64,000 nt of DNA from an uncultured Gammaproteobacteria bacterium. Its GTDB lineage: Bacteria > Pseudomonadota > Gammaproteobacteria > Steroidobacterales > Steroidobacteraceae. The notes below the pieces were generated by a model, which saw only the letters and a list, made by a program, of their open reading frames with translations, was not told the DNA's origin and did no database searches. The position numbers and the translations under genes were made by a program. This document shows, one piece after another, positions 39,721 to 47,920 of this stretch; position 1 is the stretch's first letter; every line of letters begins with the position of its first letter. The stretch covers positions 60,281 to 124,280 of the forward strand of contig CAVQKW010000008.1 of assembly GCA_963713175.1 (NCBI GenBank), in the 5' to 3' direction.

Positions 39721-40140
39721 TCAAAACCATCTCGTGCATGAGGCCGCCGCGTTCACGAGGTGCCTATGGACGCGCGCCGCGATGCTCGGCGGCGCTGGTG
39801 GCGGTATCCCGCCCGCGGGCGTCAGTGGCCGGCCGACCGCGATCGGGATCGCATACCTCGGGCGCGTATCCGTCAGCACTGCCGCGATCTCGTGCGGAGG
39901 CTGCGGAATCGAGCGCGGCGGCGAGCGGCTCGCCATCTTGCGCGCGATCAGGTGCCGGCCGAGCTCATCGCCCACCTCGGCGGCGCCGTTCTCGAACTTC
40001 ACGGCGAATTGCAGCGGCTCGCGTATGCACTGACCGTCGACGAAGGTCGTCTTGAAGAACGACTCGACGGCCGGCTCCTGCACCCCGGGCGAGAGGATGA
40101 TCGTGCCCTGGCCGAACATGCTGGCGCTGTACACGATCAA
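39721..40140 (-). CDS. hypothetical protein, paralog of the upstream gene
   Basis: MIVYSASMFGQGTIILSPG...FAVKFENGAAEVGDELG aligns with 40137-40517. The ATG overlaps the upstream stop. Confidence 0.5.
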   Translation of the reverse strand: MIVYSASMFGQGTIILSPGVQEPAVESFFKTTFVDGQCIREPLQFAVKFENGAAEVGDELGRHLIARKMASRSPPRSIPQPPHEIAAVLTDTRPRYAIPIAVGRPLTPAGGIPPPAPPSIAARVHRHLVNAAASCTRWF

Positions 40141-40517
40141 GGCACGTCGACCCGGGGACCCGCCGCCATGTACTCGCGTGCCTCCTGGCTGAGCGGCATG
40201 CCGACGGGGATGGGCGGCGGGTACACCGGCCGGCCGTCATTGGGGTACATGTCGGTGATGTCGCGCTTCGCCTCCTGGCCGATCGGCTGCGGCTCGGCAC
40301 TCACCATGCCCTGAGCGAGAAGCCACGCTCCGAGCGCTTCCGAGACTTCCGCCACGCCGTCCTTGAACTTCACCTCGATCAGGCGGAATTTACGCGTCGT
40401 GACGCGGTTCGCGTCGGTCTCCAGTTCGAAAAAATCATCAACGTCCATCTCATCCTTGCCGGGCGACACGAGGAGCGAGCCCCGCCCGTACATGGCGCCC
40501 AGATACACTTTCGTCAT
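40137..40517 (-). CDS. hypothetical protein, paralog of the downstream gene
   Basis: MTKVYLGAMYGRGSLLVSPG...IEVKFKDGVAEVSEALG; 126 aa. Confidence 0.55.
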   Translation of the reverse strand: MTKVYLGAMYGRGSLLVSPGKDEMDVDDFFELETDANRVTTRKFRLIEVKFKDGVAEVSEALGAWLLAQGMVSAEPQPIGQEAKRDITDMYPNDGRPVYPPPIPVGMPLSQEAREYMAAGPRVDVP

Positions 40518-40559
40518 GGCACTGTCTCCTCGGCGTCCGCGGCAGAGCGCGGGCCGTCG

Positions 40560-40910
40560 TTACCTGGTGTGGAGGAGGCCCGCGCTGCGCAGCCGCAGCT
40601 TCGCCTCGATGGCCTCCACGGTGCTGAGGCTCGCTTTCGCAATCGCGGCCTCGACCTCCTGGAGAGTCCAAGGGAGCTTGCCGGCGGAGCGGGAGGCGGC
40701 TTCCAATTGCGTGAGGCCAAGCCGCGTGAGAAGTCGACCCAGCCCGCGATCCTCGCCCGTGCGCGGGGCCTTCACATCACTGACCTCGAGCACGCCGCCC
40801 GCGCGGACGGCTCGCAGGCGCACCGTTTCGGGGTCGGGCTCCTTGCTGGCGCTCGCCTCGAGTCGGCGAGCGTGGTCGAGCTGCGCGAGGCGTTGTGAGA
40901 GAGATTCCAT
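40560..40910 (-). CDS. hypothetical protein
   Basis: ATG at 40910 (MESLSQRLAQLDHARRLEAS...), within ORF 40560-41207. Confidence 0.45.
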   Translation of the reverse strand: MESLSQRLAQLDHARRLEASASKEPDPETVRLRAVRAGGVLEVSDVKAPRTGEDRGLGRLLTRLGLTQLEAASRSAGKLPWTLQEVEAAIAKASLSTVEAIEAKLRLRSAGLLHTR

Positions 40911-40963
40911 GATTAGAGCTCCATAGTCTGAAGGTTGATGTGTGGACGCTGCGGGCTGCGGCG

Positions 40964-41248
40964 TTACCAGGAAATCCGCACCGCGAAGACGCCAGCCGCC
41001 ACACTGTTGGTGGCAAGTCGCGGCTGGATATTCACGGTGAAGCCGCCCGTCGTCTTGGCGGTCGTGAACGCCGTGTAGTCCGCGGGCAAATCGTAGTCGA
41101 CGAAGTACTGCGCGCTCGACGGCAACACGCCGTCCTGCACGGCCACCGCGACCGTCACCGTGGCACCCGCAGCGCCCGCGCCGTTGGCGACGCCATACAC
41201 GGCCCACAGGTTGCCGGTGGTTCTGTTGAGTAGATTGCCTATCGTCAT
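40964..41248 (-). CDS. hypothetical small beta-rich protein
   Basis: 94-aa ORF just downstream of TerL (MTIGNLLNRTTGNLWAVYGV...). Confidence 0.45.
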   Translation of the reverse strand: MTIGNLLNRTTGNLWAVYGVANGAGAAGATVTVAVAVQDGVLPSSAQYFVDYDLPADYTAFTTAKTTGGFTVNIQPRLATNSVAAGVFAVRISW

Positions 41249-41285
41249 CGTCGTTACTCCTCAGATTAGGTTGTCGGCGCGCGCC

Positions 41286-42692
41286 TCAGAGCGTGCCGAG
41301 AACGTACGGGCTGCGCCGGCCGCGCATCATCGGCTCAAGCGCGTAGCGAAGCGCATCAATGCAGTGGTTGTTGCGGTCGACGAGGTCCGCGAGTACGTCG
41401 CCGGTGAGTCGGTCGACCTTGTACTGATAGAGCCGCATCTCCTCGATGGTGTGCACGCATCGCGGGTGAAGCACAATGCGCTCGTAGCTGCGCAGGTGCG
41501 CGACCCCATCCTCCACGCACCCTTTCCACTTCGTCGCCGGCTGCACCTTGGCGTATCCGTTGTGCCGCAGATACGAGATGGTCTCGGGCCGCGCTGAGTC
41601 CGCTCGGATCACGTGCCGGCGCGCGTTGGGGAGCTCGTCGAGGAGCGCCGGGGTTCTGTCGATGTCGCAGCCGATCTGATACACCTCGTGGCTGATGTAG
41701 AGCGTGCGCTCGTAGACCCAACAGAGGACCCCCGCGGTGGGGTCCTGGCTAAATCCGAAGTCGAGTCCGAAGTACGGGCCAGCCCATCCCCATGCGCAGG
41801 CCTCAAAGGCTTCCACCACATACTTCTTGCGAAACACCTGCGCCTCGGAGTGCGTGCGGCACTCCCCGAGCCACACGTGCCGATAGCTGTCATCATCGAC
41901 GCGCGCGAGATAGGCGCGCTCGGCCTCGAGCTCCGCGGGGAACCATGGGTTATCCGCAAAAGTGAGGTGTTCGTGATGTGTGTCGGGGCGCGTGCCGTCG
42001 GCGAACTGCTGCACCGGCGCGTCCGGGTCGTCCTGGTTCCACGTGATCCAGATCTCGCTCCCCGGGGCGCGGATGGTCGGCGGCAGGATCTCGAATGAGC
42101 GGGCGCTGATGCTCTCGGCCTCCTCGAGCCACACCAGCCCGATCGCCTCGAGGCTTTTCAACTGCTGCACGTTGGTCGAGAGGCCCGCGAAGATGATCTC
42201 CGTCCCGGTCGAGCGGCAGGCAATCTCGCGGTCGTTGACGTCGAAGTAGCTCGGCAGCCCCAGCGTGTCGATCTTGTCGGTGAGGAGGTGGTGAACGGAC
42301 TCCCGAAGCGAGCGCTGGATCTCGCGCGCGCAGAGGATGCGCAGCCGGTGCGTGAAGGCCTTGAGCACGAGCGCCGTCGCCACCGAGTGGCTCTTGGCAC
42401 TTCCGCGGCCACCGTCGACGGCGCGGTAGCGGCTCGGCCGCGTCGGGTGCAGCAGCTTGAACAACTTCGGCGGGAAGGGTACGGCCTGAACACCTGCCGG
42501 CACCGCATAGCCGTATGGCACGGCCGCCAGCACCCGGGGCGCCTGCACGCGCTCACAGCGGGCGGCGAAGGCCTCGGGGGCCTCGTCGAGGCTGGTCCAC
42601 AGCACCGCCGGCGCCTGACGCGCCTGGGCGCGGCGCGCGATGACCTGCTGCGCGGCGCGCACCGTCTGCGCTACACCTGGCGCGAGGTTCAT
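41286..42692 (-). CDS. terL: phage terminase large subunit (PBSX-type)
   Basis: Walker A DGGRGSAKSH and Walker B LVWLEEAE. C-terminal nuclease region with DFGFSQDPTA...ADSARPE. Confidence 0.85.
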   Translation of the reverse strand: MNLAPGVAQTVRAAQQVIARRAQARQAPAVLWTSLDEAPEAFAARCERVQAPRVLAAVPYGYAVPAGVQAVPFPPKLFKLLHPTRPSRYRAVDGGRGSAKSHSVATALVLKAFTHRLRILCAREIQRSLRESVHHLLTDKIDTLGLPSYFDVNDREIACRSTGTEIIFAGLSTNVQQLKSLEAIGLVWLEEAESISARSFEILPPTIRAPGSEIWITWNQDDPDAPVQQFADGTRPDTHHEHLTFADNPWFPAELEAERAYLARVDDDSYRHVWLGECRTHSEAQVFRKKYVVEAFEACAWGWAGPYFGLDFGFSQDPTAGVLCWVYERTLYISHEVYQIGCDIDRTPALLDELPNARRHVIRADSARPETISYLRHNGYAKVQPATKWKGCVEDGVAHLRSYERIVLHPRCVHTIEEMRLYQYKVDRLTGDVLADLVDRNNHCIDALRYALEPMMRGRRSPYVLGTL

Positions 42693-42976
42693 GCGCTGCG
42701 CCTCGCACCGAGGAGATCGAGCACGTCCGCTTCGGTGCGGAGCACGTGATAGGGCACGTGGCGCTCATTGAGCCGAATCCGCAGCCGCACCTGCTCGTCG
42801 GTGAACTCGCTCGCCCAGCCTTCCTTGCGCGGGTTCTTCACTTCGCACAGGTGCCAGGCATGGCGATCCCAGAGCCACCCGTCAAACGGCTGCCCGGGAA
42901 GCCACAGGCCGCCGAGCGCATCCACGCCGCTGAGGATCGCGGACTCGTTCGCATCGCGGCGAGCGGCGCGCCTCAT
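42689..42976 (-). CDS. VRR-NUC-like PD-(D/E)xK nuclease
   Basis: 95 aa with E...FDGWLW...LCEVKNP...TDEQ, matching the VRR-NUC D...ExK...Q arrangement. Translationally coupled on both sides (ATGA overlaps). Confidence 0.5.
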   Translation of the reverse strand: MRRAARRDANESAILSGVDALGGLWLPGQPFDGWLWDRHAWHLCEVKNPRKEGWASEFTDEQVRLRIRLNERHVPYHVLRTEADVLDLLGARRSA

Positions 42977-43191
42977 GCGGCCGCCTCCTGGCGGAGCACG
43001 GCCTGCACGGCCTCGGCGGACCAGCCGGTGGCGGCCGCAATGTCGTACGCGCTCATGCCCCTGGCGGCCTGCCGCTCGATAGCCTTGCGCTGCTCGGCCT
43101 GGGACAGCACCGTGAAGTGCAGCCGGGCGAGCGCTGCTGTGTCGAGCGCGCCGCCGATGGTGCGCGCGGTCACAGGCTCGCCTCGAGGCAC
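42973..43191 (-). CDS. small helix-turn-helix protein (possible small terminase/regulator)
   Basis: 72 aa. GMSAYDIAAATGWSAEAVQAVL looks like an HTH. GTG start. Confidence 0.45.
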   Translation of the reverse strand: MPRGEPVTARTIGGALDTAALARLHFTVLSQAEQRKAIERQAARGMSAYDIAAATGWSAEAVQAVLRQEAAA

Positions 43192-43340
43192 TGGCTGGCG
43201 CGGCCAATCGTTTGATTCAACTGGGCAATTTTCCCAGTCCCCAGCGGCACCCAGCCGCCGCCAGCGCTACCGCTACGCGCGAGGAGGTAAACACGACCGC
43301 CGCGATGCGGGCATAACATAATTGGACAGGGGTATAGCTT

Positions 43341-43366
43341 GTATCGTGCGGCGATACACGATACAC
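43341..43366 (+). promoter_or_regulatory. putative higBA operator: inverted repeat GTATCG-N5-CGATAC overlapping tandem GATACAC x2
   Basis: Read directly, 8-33 nt upstream of the higB GTG start. The region 43310-43345 is AT-rich. Confidence 0.4.
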
Positions 43367-43373
43367 TGCACCC

Positions 43374-43652
43374 GTGATCAAGAGCTTCCGGCATGACGGA
43401 CTCGAACGGTTCTTCCGGACGGGATCTAAGGCCGGGATCAGCCCTAATCACGCGAAGCGGCTGCGGCTGCAGCTTGGCGTGCTTGATGCGGCAAGGAGTG
43501 CCGCGGATATGAATCTGCCGGGCTGGGGTTGGCATCCCCTTGTCGACGATCTCGTCGGCCATTGGGCCGTGACGGTGAACAAGAATTGGCGACTGACGTT
43601 CACGTTCGAAGGCACGGATGCCGTGCTCGTCGACTATCGCGATTACCACTGA
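43374..43652 (+). CDS. higB: type II toxin HigB (RelE/ParE superfamily killer protein)
   Basis: 92 aa. MIKSFRHDGLERFF...WRLTFTFEGTDAVLVDYRDYH is the canonical HigB-type pattern. Confidence 0.85.
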   Translation: MIKSFRHDGLERFFRTGSKAGISPNHAKRLRLQLGVLDAARSAADMNLPGWGWHPLVDDLVGHWAVTVNKNWRLTFTFEGTDAVLVDYRDYH

Positions 43653-43664
43653 AGGAGGATTGAA

Positions 43665-43976
43665 ATGACCCGCATGCACAACCCGCCGCACCCCGGAGAG
43701 GTGCTTGCCGATACGGTGGTGCGCGAGGACGGCGGCCTGACGGTGAGCGACTTTGCGAAGGTGCTCGGCGTCTCGCGCGTGGCCCTGTCGCGCGTGGTGA
43801 ATGGCCACGCGGGTGTGAGCGCAGAGCTCGCGATCCGCCTGGCTGCAGCGCTCGGCACCTCGCCTGAGTCCTGGCTCTCGATGCAGCTCGCGTACGATCT
43901 GGCGCGCGCCGAGAAGAAGCGCCGTCCCCGCATAGAGCGCATCGAGCAGGTCGAGGAAGCCGCAGAGGCCGCCTGA
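43665..43976 (+). CDS. higA: type II antitoxin HigA (XRE-family HTH)
   Basis: 103 aa. HPGEVL...TVSDFAKVLGVSRVALSRVVNG...ELAIRLA is the canonical HigA pattern. Confidence 0.85.
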   Translation: MTRMHNPPHPGEVLADTVVREDGGLTVSDFAKVLGVSRVALSRVVNGHAGVSAELAIRLAAALGTSPESWLSMQLAYDLARAEKKRRPRIERIEQVEEAAEAA

Positions 43977-44212
43977 CCGCGCTGGCGGGCGAAGAGACCG
44001 GCACCCGAATTGGCGGCCCGGAGGTCTCGCTTGGTCACGCGCCCTCACGCGTGCACCTGATTCAGAAACCGGTGCGACCGCGATAGTGAACGCTGTGCGA
44101 TCAATGACTTGTGATCCACAGGAGCCTCATGTTGCACGCCATGTTGCAGCGGGACCCCAAGAGCAGCCTCGCGCGCGCGCGTACGGGTAGCGATGCGGTG
44201 ATTCGTTGCTCT

Positions 44213-44584
44213 TCACACCGCCGCCTCGCCACGCTCCGGCGATCGATCGGCACCAGGCAGAAGCGCCGGCTCGCCACCCTGTAGCCGCGCCAGTTGCTGG
44301 CGAATGTCCTCGAGCTGCTCGCGCTGCTCGACCGACGACAAGATCTCGCTGTGGCGCCTCAGGACGCGGCTGCGCACGTCCGCCTCTCCCAGGGTGATGC
44401 GTCCCTCGGCCAGCTCGCGATAGACGCGCGCCGACTCCCGTAGCGTGCCGTGGAGCGTTTTCAGGTCGAGGCGCCGTCTGCGCATGCGCCTGACAAAAAC
44501 TCCGTCCCCTGCCGGCCTTGGTGATTCCTGGGCGGATTCCAAGCCGTTGAGTGACGGTCGTGTCTCGCGATTCAGGTGGGTCAC
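44213..44584 (-). CDS. hypothetical protein
   Basis: 123-aa ORF with a GTG start and Arg-rich helical composition. It follows the iteron region. Confidence 0.45.
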   Translation of the reverse strand: MTHLNRETRPSLNGLESAQESPRPAGDGVFVRRMRRRRLDLKTLHGTLRESARVYRELAEGRITLGEADVRSRVLRRHSEILSSVEQREQLEDIRQQLARLQGGEPALLPGADRSPERGEAAV

Positions 44585-44593
44585 TTCGCGCGG

Positions 44594-44795
44594 CTAACAC
44601 GGTGTTAGGACCTTGAGCGTGACCTAACACGGTGCCGCTTTCCACACCAACAGCCGCGCGTGTCCCCTTTGTCCTCTTTGTCTCCTTCTGAGAATCGGCG
44701 ACGACAGGGGTCGCGCGCGCGCGCGCGTAATACACTCACTATGTCCCCTTAGTCCCCTTATGAGTGTGTGAGGGTGTATAGGGGACACAGGGGAC
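44594..44795. repeat. iteron-like repeat cluster (candidate replication origin/control region of the element)
   Basis: Palindrome CTAACAC-G-GTGTTAG at 44594-44608. CTAACACGGTG recurs at 44624-44634. GTCCCCTT occurs at 44662, 44743 and 44752, with inverted AGGGGAC at 44780 and 44789. (CG)8 lies at 44712-44727. Confidence 0.5.
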
Positions 44796-44823
44796 TCATG
44801 GACATATACCCCCCGGTGGACAT

Positions 44824-46662
44824 TCATGAGTCGATCGGGTCGAGCCGCACGCCGCCTCCCTTGCCGCGCTTGACGCTGACGCGCGATTTCTTCCAGGTGG
44901 TGCGACCCTTGGCGAGCATGCGGGTGACCGCGCGCTTGACGGTGCCGCGGTGTTTGCCGAGGGCGGAGGCCAGATCGTCGGTCGACACGTACTTGCCCGG
45001 CTCGGTTTCGGTCATCATCTCCTCGAGCGCCTCCATGATCTGGGCTTCGGCCTGGGTCTGGCGCACCTCCGCATATGCGCCGTCGCTCACGAAGTAGGGC
45101 ATGTCCTCGCGCTGGTGCACGGCGAGGAGCAGGTCCTCCTTGAGATCCCGGCCGCGGACCGCGAGCAGGCGAGTCTTGGCCTTGGTGTCGAACGGGTCAG
45201 CATCCGGCGGGTCGGCGAGTGCGATGCTTCCGGAGGCGCCGGCGAGCGCGGTGTTGGCGCGGTTGATCAGCTCGTGCGGATCGACCCACTCGGCGCCTTT
45301 GCGCTTGCTCGCATGGTTCACCAGCGTGATGACCAACTGCCGGCGCAGCGCCAGCTCATCGAACGTGCGGGTCTGCCGGTAATCGGTTTCGATGACGCGC
45401 GACCCATTGTGCTCCTGGCCGCGCTCGCTCTCCCACACCTGCCGGACCGTCGCCTCGGTGTCGATGAGCACCAGGCGGACCTTCGGGTGCCGATCGAGCC
45501 ATAGCTCGAGGAACTGCGCGAAGGTGAAGGTGGGCGCATAGCGCCGCGCGAGGGTGAAGAGCGTCTGCTGGTTGACGACGTGGGTGTTGGCGGGCGCCCT
45601 CGCGACGCCGAGCGCACAGAGGCGCGACTGGATCCGCTGGACGTCGTCCTCGCCGAAGATCCCGAGCGCCTCTGCATCCGTTGCCGCGCAGTCGAACCCG
45701 AGAAACGACCCGCCCTCCGCGGCGGCCAGCATCAGTTGCAGCAAGAGCCAGCTCTTGCCGATCTTCGGACGCCCGACCAGGAGCCACGCGCCGGGAAAGA
45801 GCAGGTCCTTGAACAGCGGCACCTTCGCCGGCGCCGAAGTGGCGGCCACCTCGCTCAGGGAGTCGAAGCGGATGCCGTGCACCTCATCGATCGCCTGCGC
45901 GATTGCGGCGTCCTCGGGCTTCTCCTGGTAGTCGCGCGCGATGCGCCGCACGTCGGCCTCATCCTGAGGCGGGTCGCAGTTCTCGATGTTCCAGGCCATG
46001 AGCGCGGCCTCAAACGGCGCGCCCTCCACGCCTTTGTGGCGCAGGCTGCTGGCGAACTTTAGCAACGCCTTGTGGCGTTCGCCCTCGCCGTACTTCGCAC
46101 GGCCTCCGTTGCCGCTTGTCTTCGTAGGCATCGCCTCAGGTTTCCTCAGCGCCTCCACGAGCCACGCCGGGGGTTCCGTCAGGTCCTCGAGGTCACCGGT
46201 GGCCTCCATCCCGTGCGCTGGCCACCAAATGACGTAGCCCCCGGTGCCCCGCGTGTCGACGCCCTTCGCGATCGCACTGGCCGTGTTCCCGAGCTGCACC
46301 GCGGGCATGCGGTAGAGCAGGTGCCAGCCGCGGCTCGTTTTGTGGATGCGCGAGCAGGCGAGCCGCTGCGCGTTCTCGCGATACCATTCCGTCCCCGCGG
46401 GATCGACGTCGACGACAAACAGCTTGGTTGCGGCGCCGGTCGGCACTCCCACCAGGGCGTCGGGCGTGTTGGCGAACCACGTCTCGATGCATTCGATGTT
46501 GGTGCTGGCGTCTTCGAAGCCGTGCGCGGTGAGCGGACTCTTCGCGGTCTTCTTCTCGCCGTTGACCATCTCATCCCGCGGCCGGCACGGGAATACGGGC
46601 AGGCCCATTTCCTCCGCCAGTGAGAGAGCGATGCTCCGCGGAGAGGCGGTTGCATCGATCAT
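44824..46662 (-). CDS. bifunctional Prim-Pol primase / PriCT / RepA-like AAA ATPase (P4-alpha-like replication protein)
   Basis: 612 aa. Prim-Pol N-domain (GLPVFPC...FVVDVD...GGYVIWWP). PriCT-like middle. Walker A LLVGRPKIGKSW. C-terminal winged-helix-like tail. Confidence 0.85.
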   Translation of the reverse strand: MIDATASPRSIALSLAEEMGLPVFPCRPRDEMVNGEKKTAKSPLTAHGFEDASTNIECIETWFANTPDALVGVPTGAATKLFVVDVDPAGTEWYRENAQRLACSRIHKTSRGWHLLYRMPAVQLGNTASAIAKGVDTRGTGGYVIWWPAHGMEATGDLEDLTEPPAWLVEALRKPEAMPTKTSGNGGRAKYGEGERHKALLKFASSLRHKGVEGAPFEAALMAWNIENCDPPQDEADVRRIARDYQEKPEDAAIAQAIDEVHGIRFDSLSEVAATSAPAKVPLFKDLLFPGAWLLVGRPKIGKSWLLLQLMLAAAEGGSFLGFDCAATDAEALGIFGEDDVQRIQSRLCALGVARAPANTHVVNQQTLFTLARRYAPTFTFAQFLELWLDRHPKVRLVLIDTEATVRQVWESERGQEHNGSRVIETDYRQTRTFDELALRRQLVITLVNHASKRKGAEWVDPHELINRANTALAGASGSIALADPPDADPFDTKAKTRLLAVRGRDLKEDLLLAVHQREDMPYFVSDGAYAEVRQTQAEAQIMEALEEMMTETEPGKYVSTDDLASALGKHRGTVKRAVTRMLAKGRTTWKKSRVSVKRGKGGGVRLDPIDS

Positions 46663-46759
46663 GTTGGCGTTGCGACCCGCGCTCCCCAGGTGTAAAAAAA
46701 CTCCGCGGCTTCTCGTGGGCTGACAGGCCCGGCCGCGGAGAATGGGGGTCTGGTTGCGC

Positions 46760-46960
46760 TCACTGGCGCGCGAGCTCGTCGAGCCGGCGCACCAGCGGTG
46801 TCGCGATTCCGAAAATCTGCTTGCGCCTCGCGCCGGCCGCGCGCCAGGAGGCAGCCGAGTTGATCCCCTCGCGCTCGAGGCGCGCGCGGATCTGCGGGGG
46901 AAGCTCAGCCCAGGTTTGCGGAATTTGCGGCGCCGACGGCACCGCCGTAGACTTCACCAT
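46760..46960 (-). CDS. hypothetical small protein
   Basis: ATG at 46960 (MVKSTAVPSAPQIPQTWAELPPQIRARLEREGI...); 66 aa. Confidence 0.4.
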   Translation of the reverse strand: MVKSTAVPSAPQIPQTWAELPPQIRARLEREGINSAASWRAAGARRKQIFGIATPLVRRLDELARQ

Positions 46961-47050
46961 TGCGAGCACCTCGTGACTGCTCGTGAAGTGGAGTTGACGC
47001 CGATCGGGATCGTGACCTGATCGGCGTTGCCACATGTGGGGTCAGGAGAG

Positions 47051-47335
47051 TCACGCGGCCTGCACGTCCTGTGCACGCCCGCGGCCTTTGTTCGCGGCGC
47101 ATGCGAAGCCCGGCACCTCAACCGCCCTACCCTCGAGCCAGCGCGTGTAGCGCGCGCCGAGCACCACCAGCTCGCGACCGACTCGCGTCAGCGCGCCGGC
47201 GGCGAGCAGCTCATCGCGGTGTGAACGCAAGAGCCAGCGCGCGCGGCTCTCGCTATGGGGATAGACGTTCTGAGGCCAGTGCTCGAGATCCCAGGAATGT
47301 GGGGCCGAGTCGGCAGTGGTCTTGCTCTTGGGCAT
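47051..47335 (-). CDS. hypothetical small protein
   Basis: ATG at 47335 follows a perfect AAGGAG RBS with a 5-nt spacer; 94 aa. Confidence 0.5.
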   Translation of the reverse strand: MPKSKTTADSAPHSWDLEHWPQNVYPHSESRARWLLRSHRDELLAAGALTRVGRELVVLGARYTRWLEGRAVEVPGFACAANKGRGRAQDVQAA

Positions 47336-47395
47336 GTGCGCTCCTTTACGGGGGCGCACATATTCAATAGCGCTGAGTGTATTCTGTCGCCAAGT

Positions 47396-47920
47396 TTAAA
47401 TTAGGCGATATTTCCTGCGCGCTTTGAGGCGCCGCAACTCGGCGTAGTAGTCCTGCTCACGACCCTTGAAGTTCTTGAGTGCGCTGCCTGCAGGCGCTCG
47501 TCGCCGGATGATGGCCGAGGCTTCGATCACCGCGGCGCGCTTGGTTATCTGAGTGCCGAGGCGCTGGTGGAACAGAAGCACGAGGTCCGTCCAGAATCGC
47601 AGCATCGGGGCGGCGAGGCGCTTGCCGGGTCGGCCAGGGCGCGCGCGCCGCGGGCGCGGGGCGGCCGCAATGATGTCGAGACCCCTGAGCTTGGTCCAGC
47701 GCCCGTGAAGCCACGCATTCTCGGCCTGCAGGTGCTGCACCTCGCGCTGGAGCGTCGCCGCCGACTTCGGCCGACGCGCTCGGGCTTCACGACGCACCCG
47801 GGGCGCCTTGTGGCCGCGTAGCTGGGCAATCTGCGCGCGTAGGTAGTGATTGTCGCCCTTGAGCCGCTCGAGGCGCTCAAGCGCGGACGCGCGGGCTACG
47901 GTCTCGAGGACGGTGCTCAC
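47396..47920 (-). CDS. hypothetical coiled-coil, Arg-rich protein
   Basis: 174-aa ORF overlapping the integrase stop by 4 nt. Heptad-like segments (LERLKGDNHYLRAQIAQL, LQREVQHLQAENAWL). Confidence 0.5.
   Translation of the reverse strand: MSTVLETVARASALERLERLKGDNHYLRAQIAQLRGHKAPRVRREARARRPKSAATLQREVQHLQAENAWLHGRWTKLRGLDIIAAAPRPRRARPGRPGKRLAAPMLRFWTDLVLLFHQRLGTQITKRAAVIEASAIIRRRAPAGSALKNFKGREQDYYAELRRLKARRKYRLI

Noticed and set aside
43170-44048. 292-aa minus-strand ORF spanning the higBA region
   Set aside because: It is antisense to two textbook HigB/HigA ORFs that have their own operator, and its translation is low-complexity.
44728-44742. TAATACACTCACTAT, which resembles the T7 RNA polymerase promoter core TAATACGACTCACTATA with one base missing
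   Set aside because: No single-subunit RNA polymerase gene is present in the element. The match has an internal deletion in the specificity region. It sits inside the repeat field and is more simply one of the AT-rich boxes of the putative origin.
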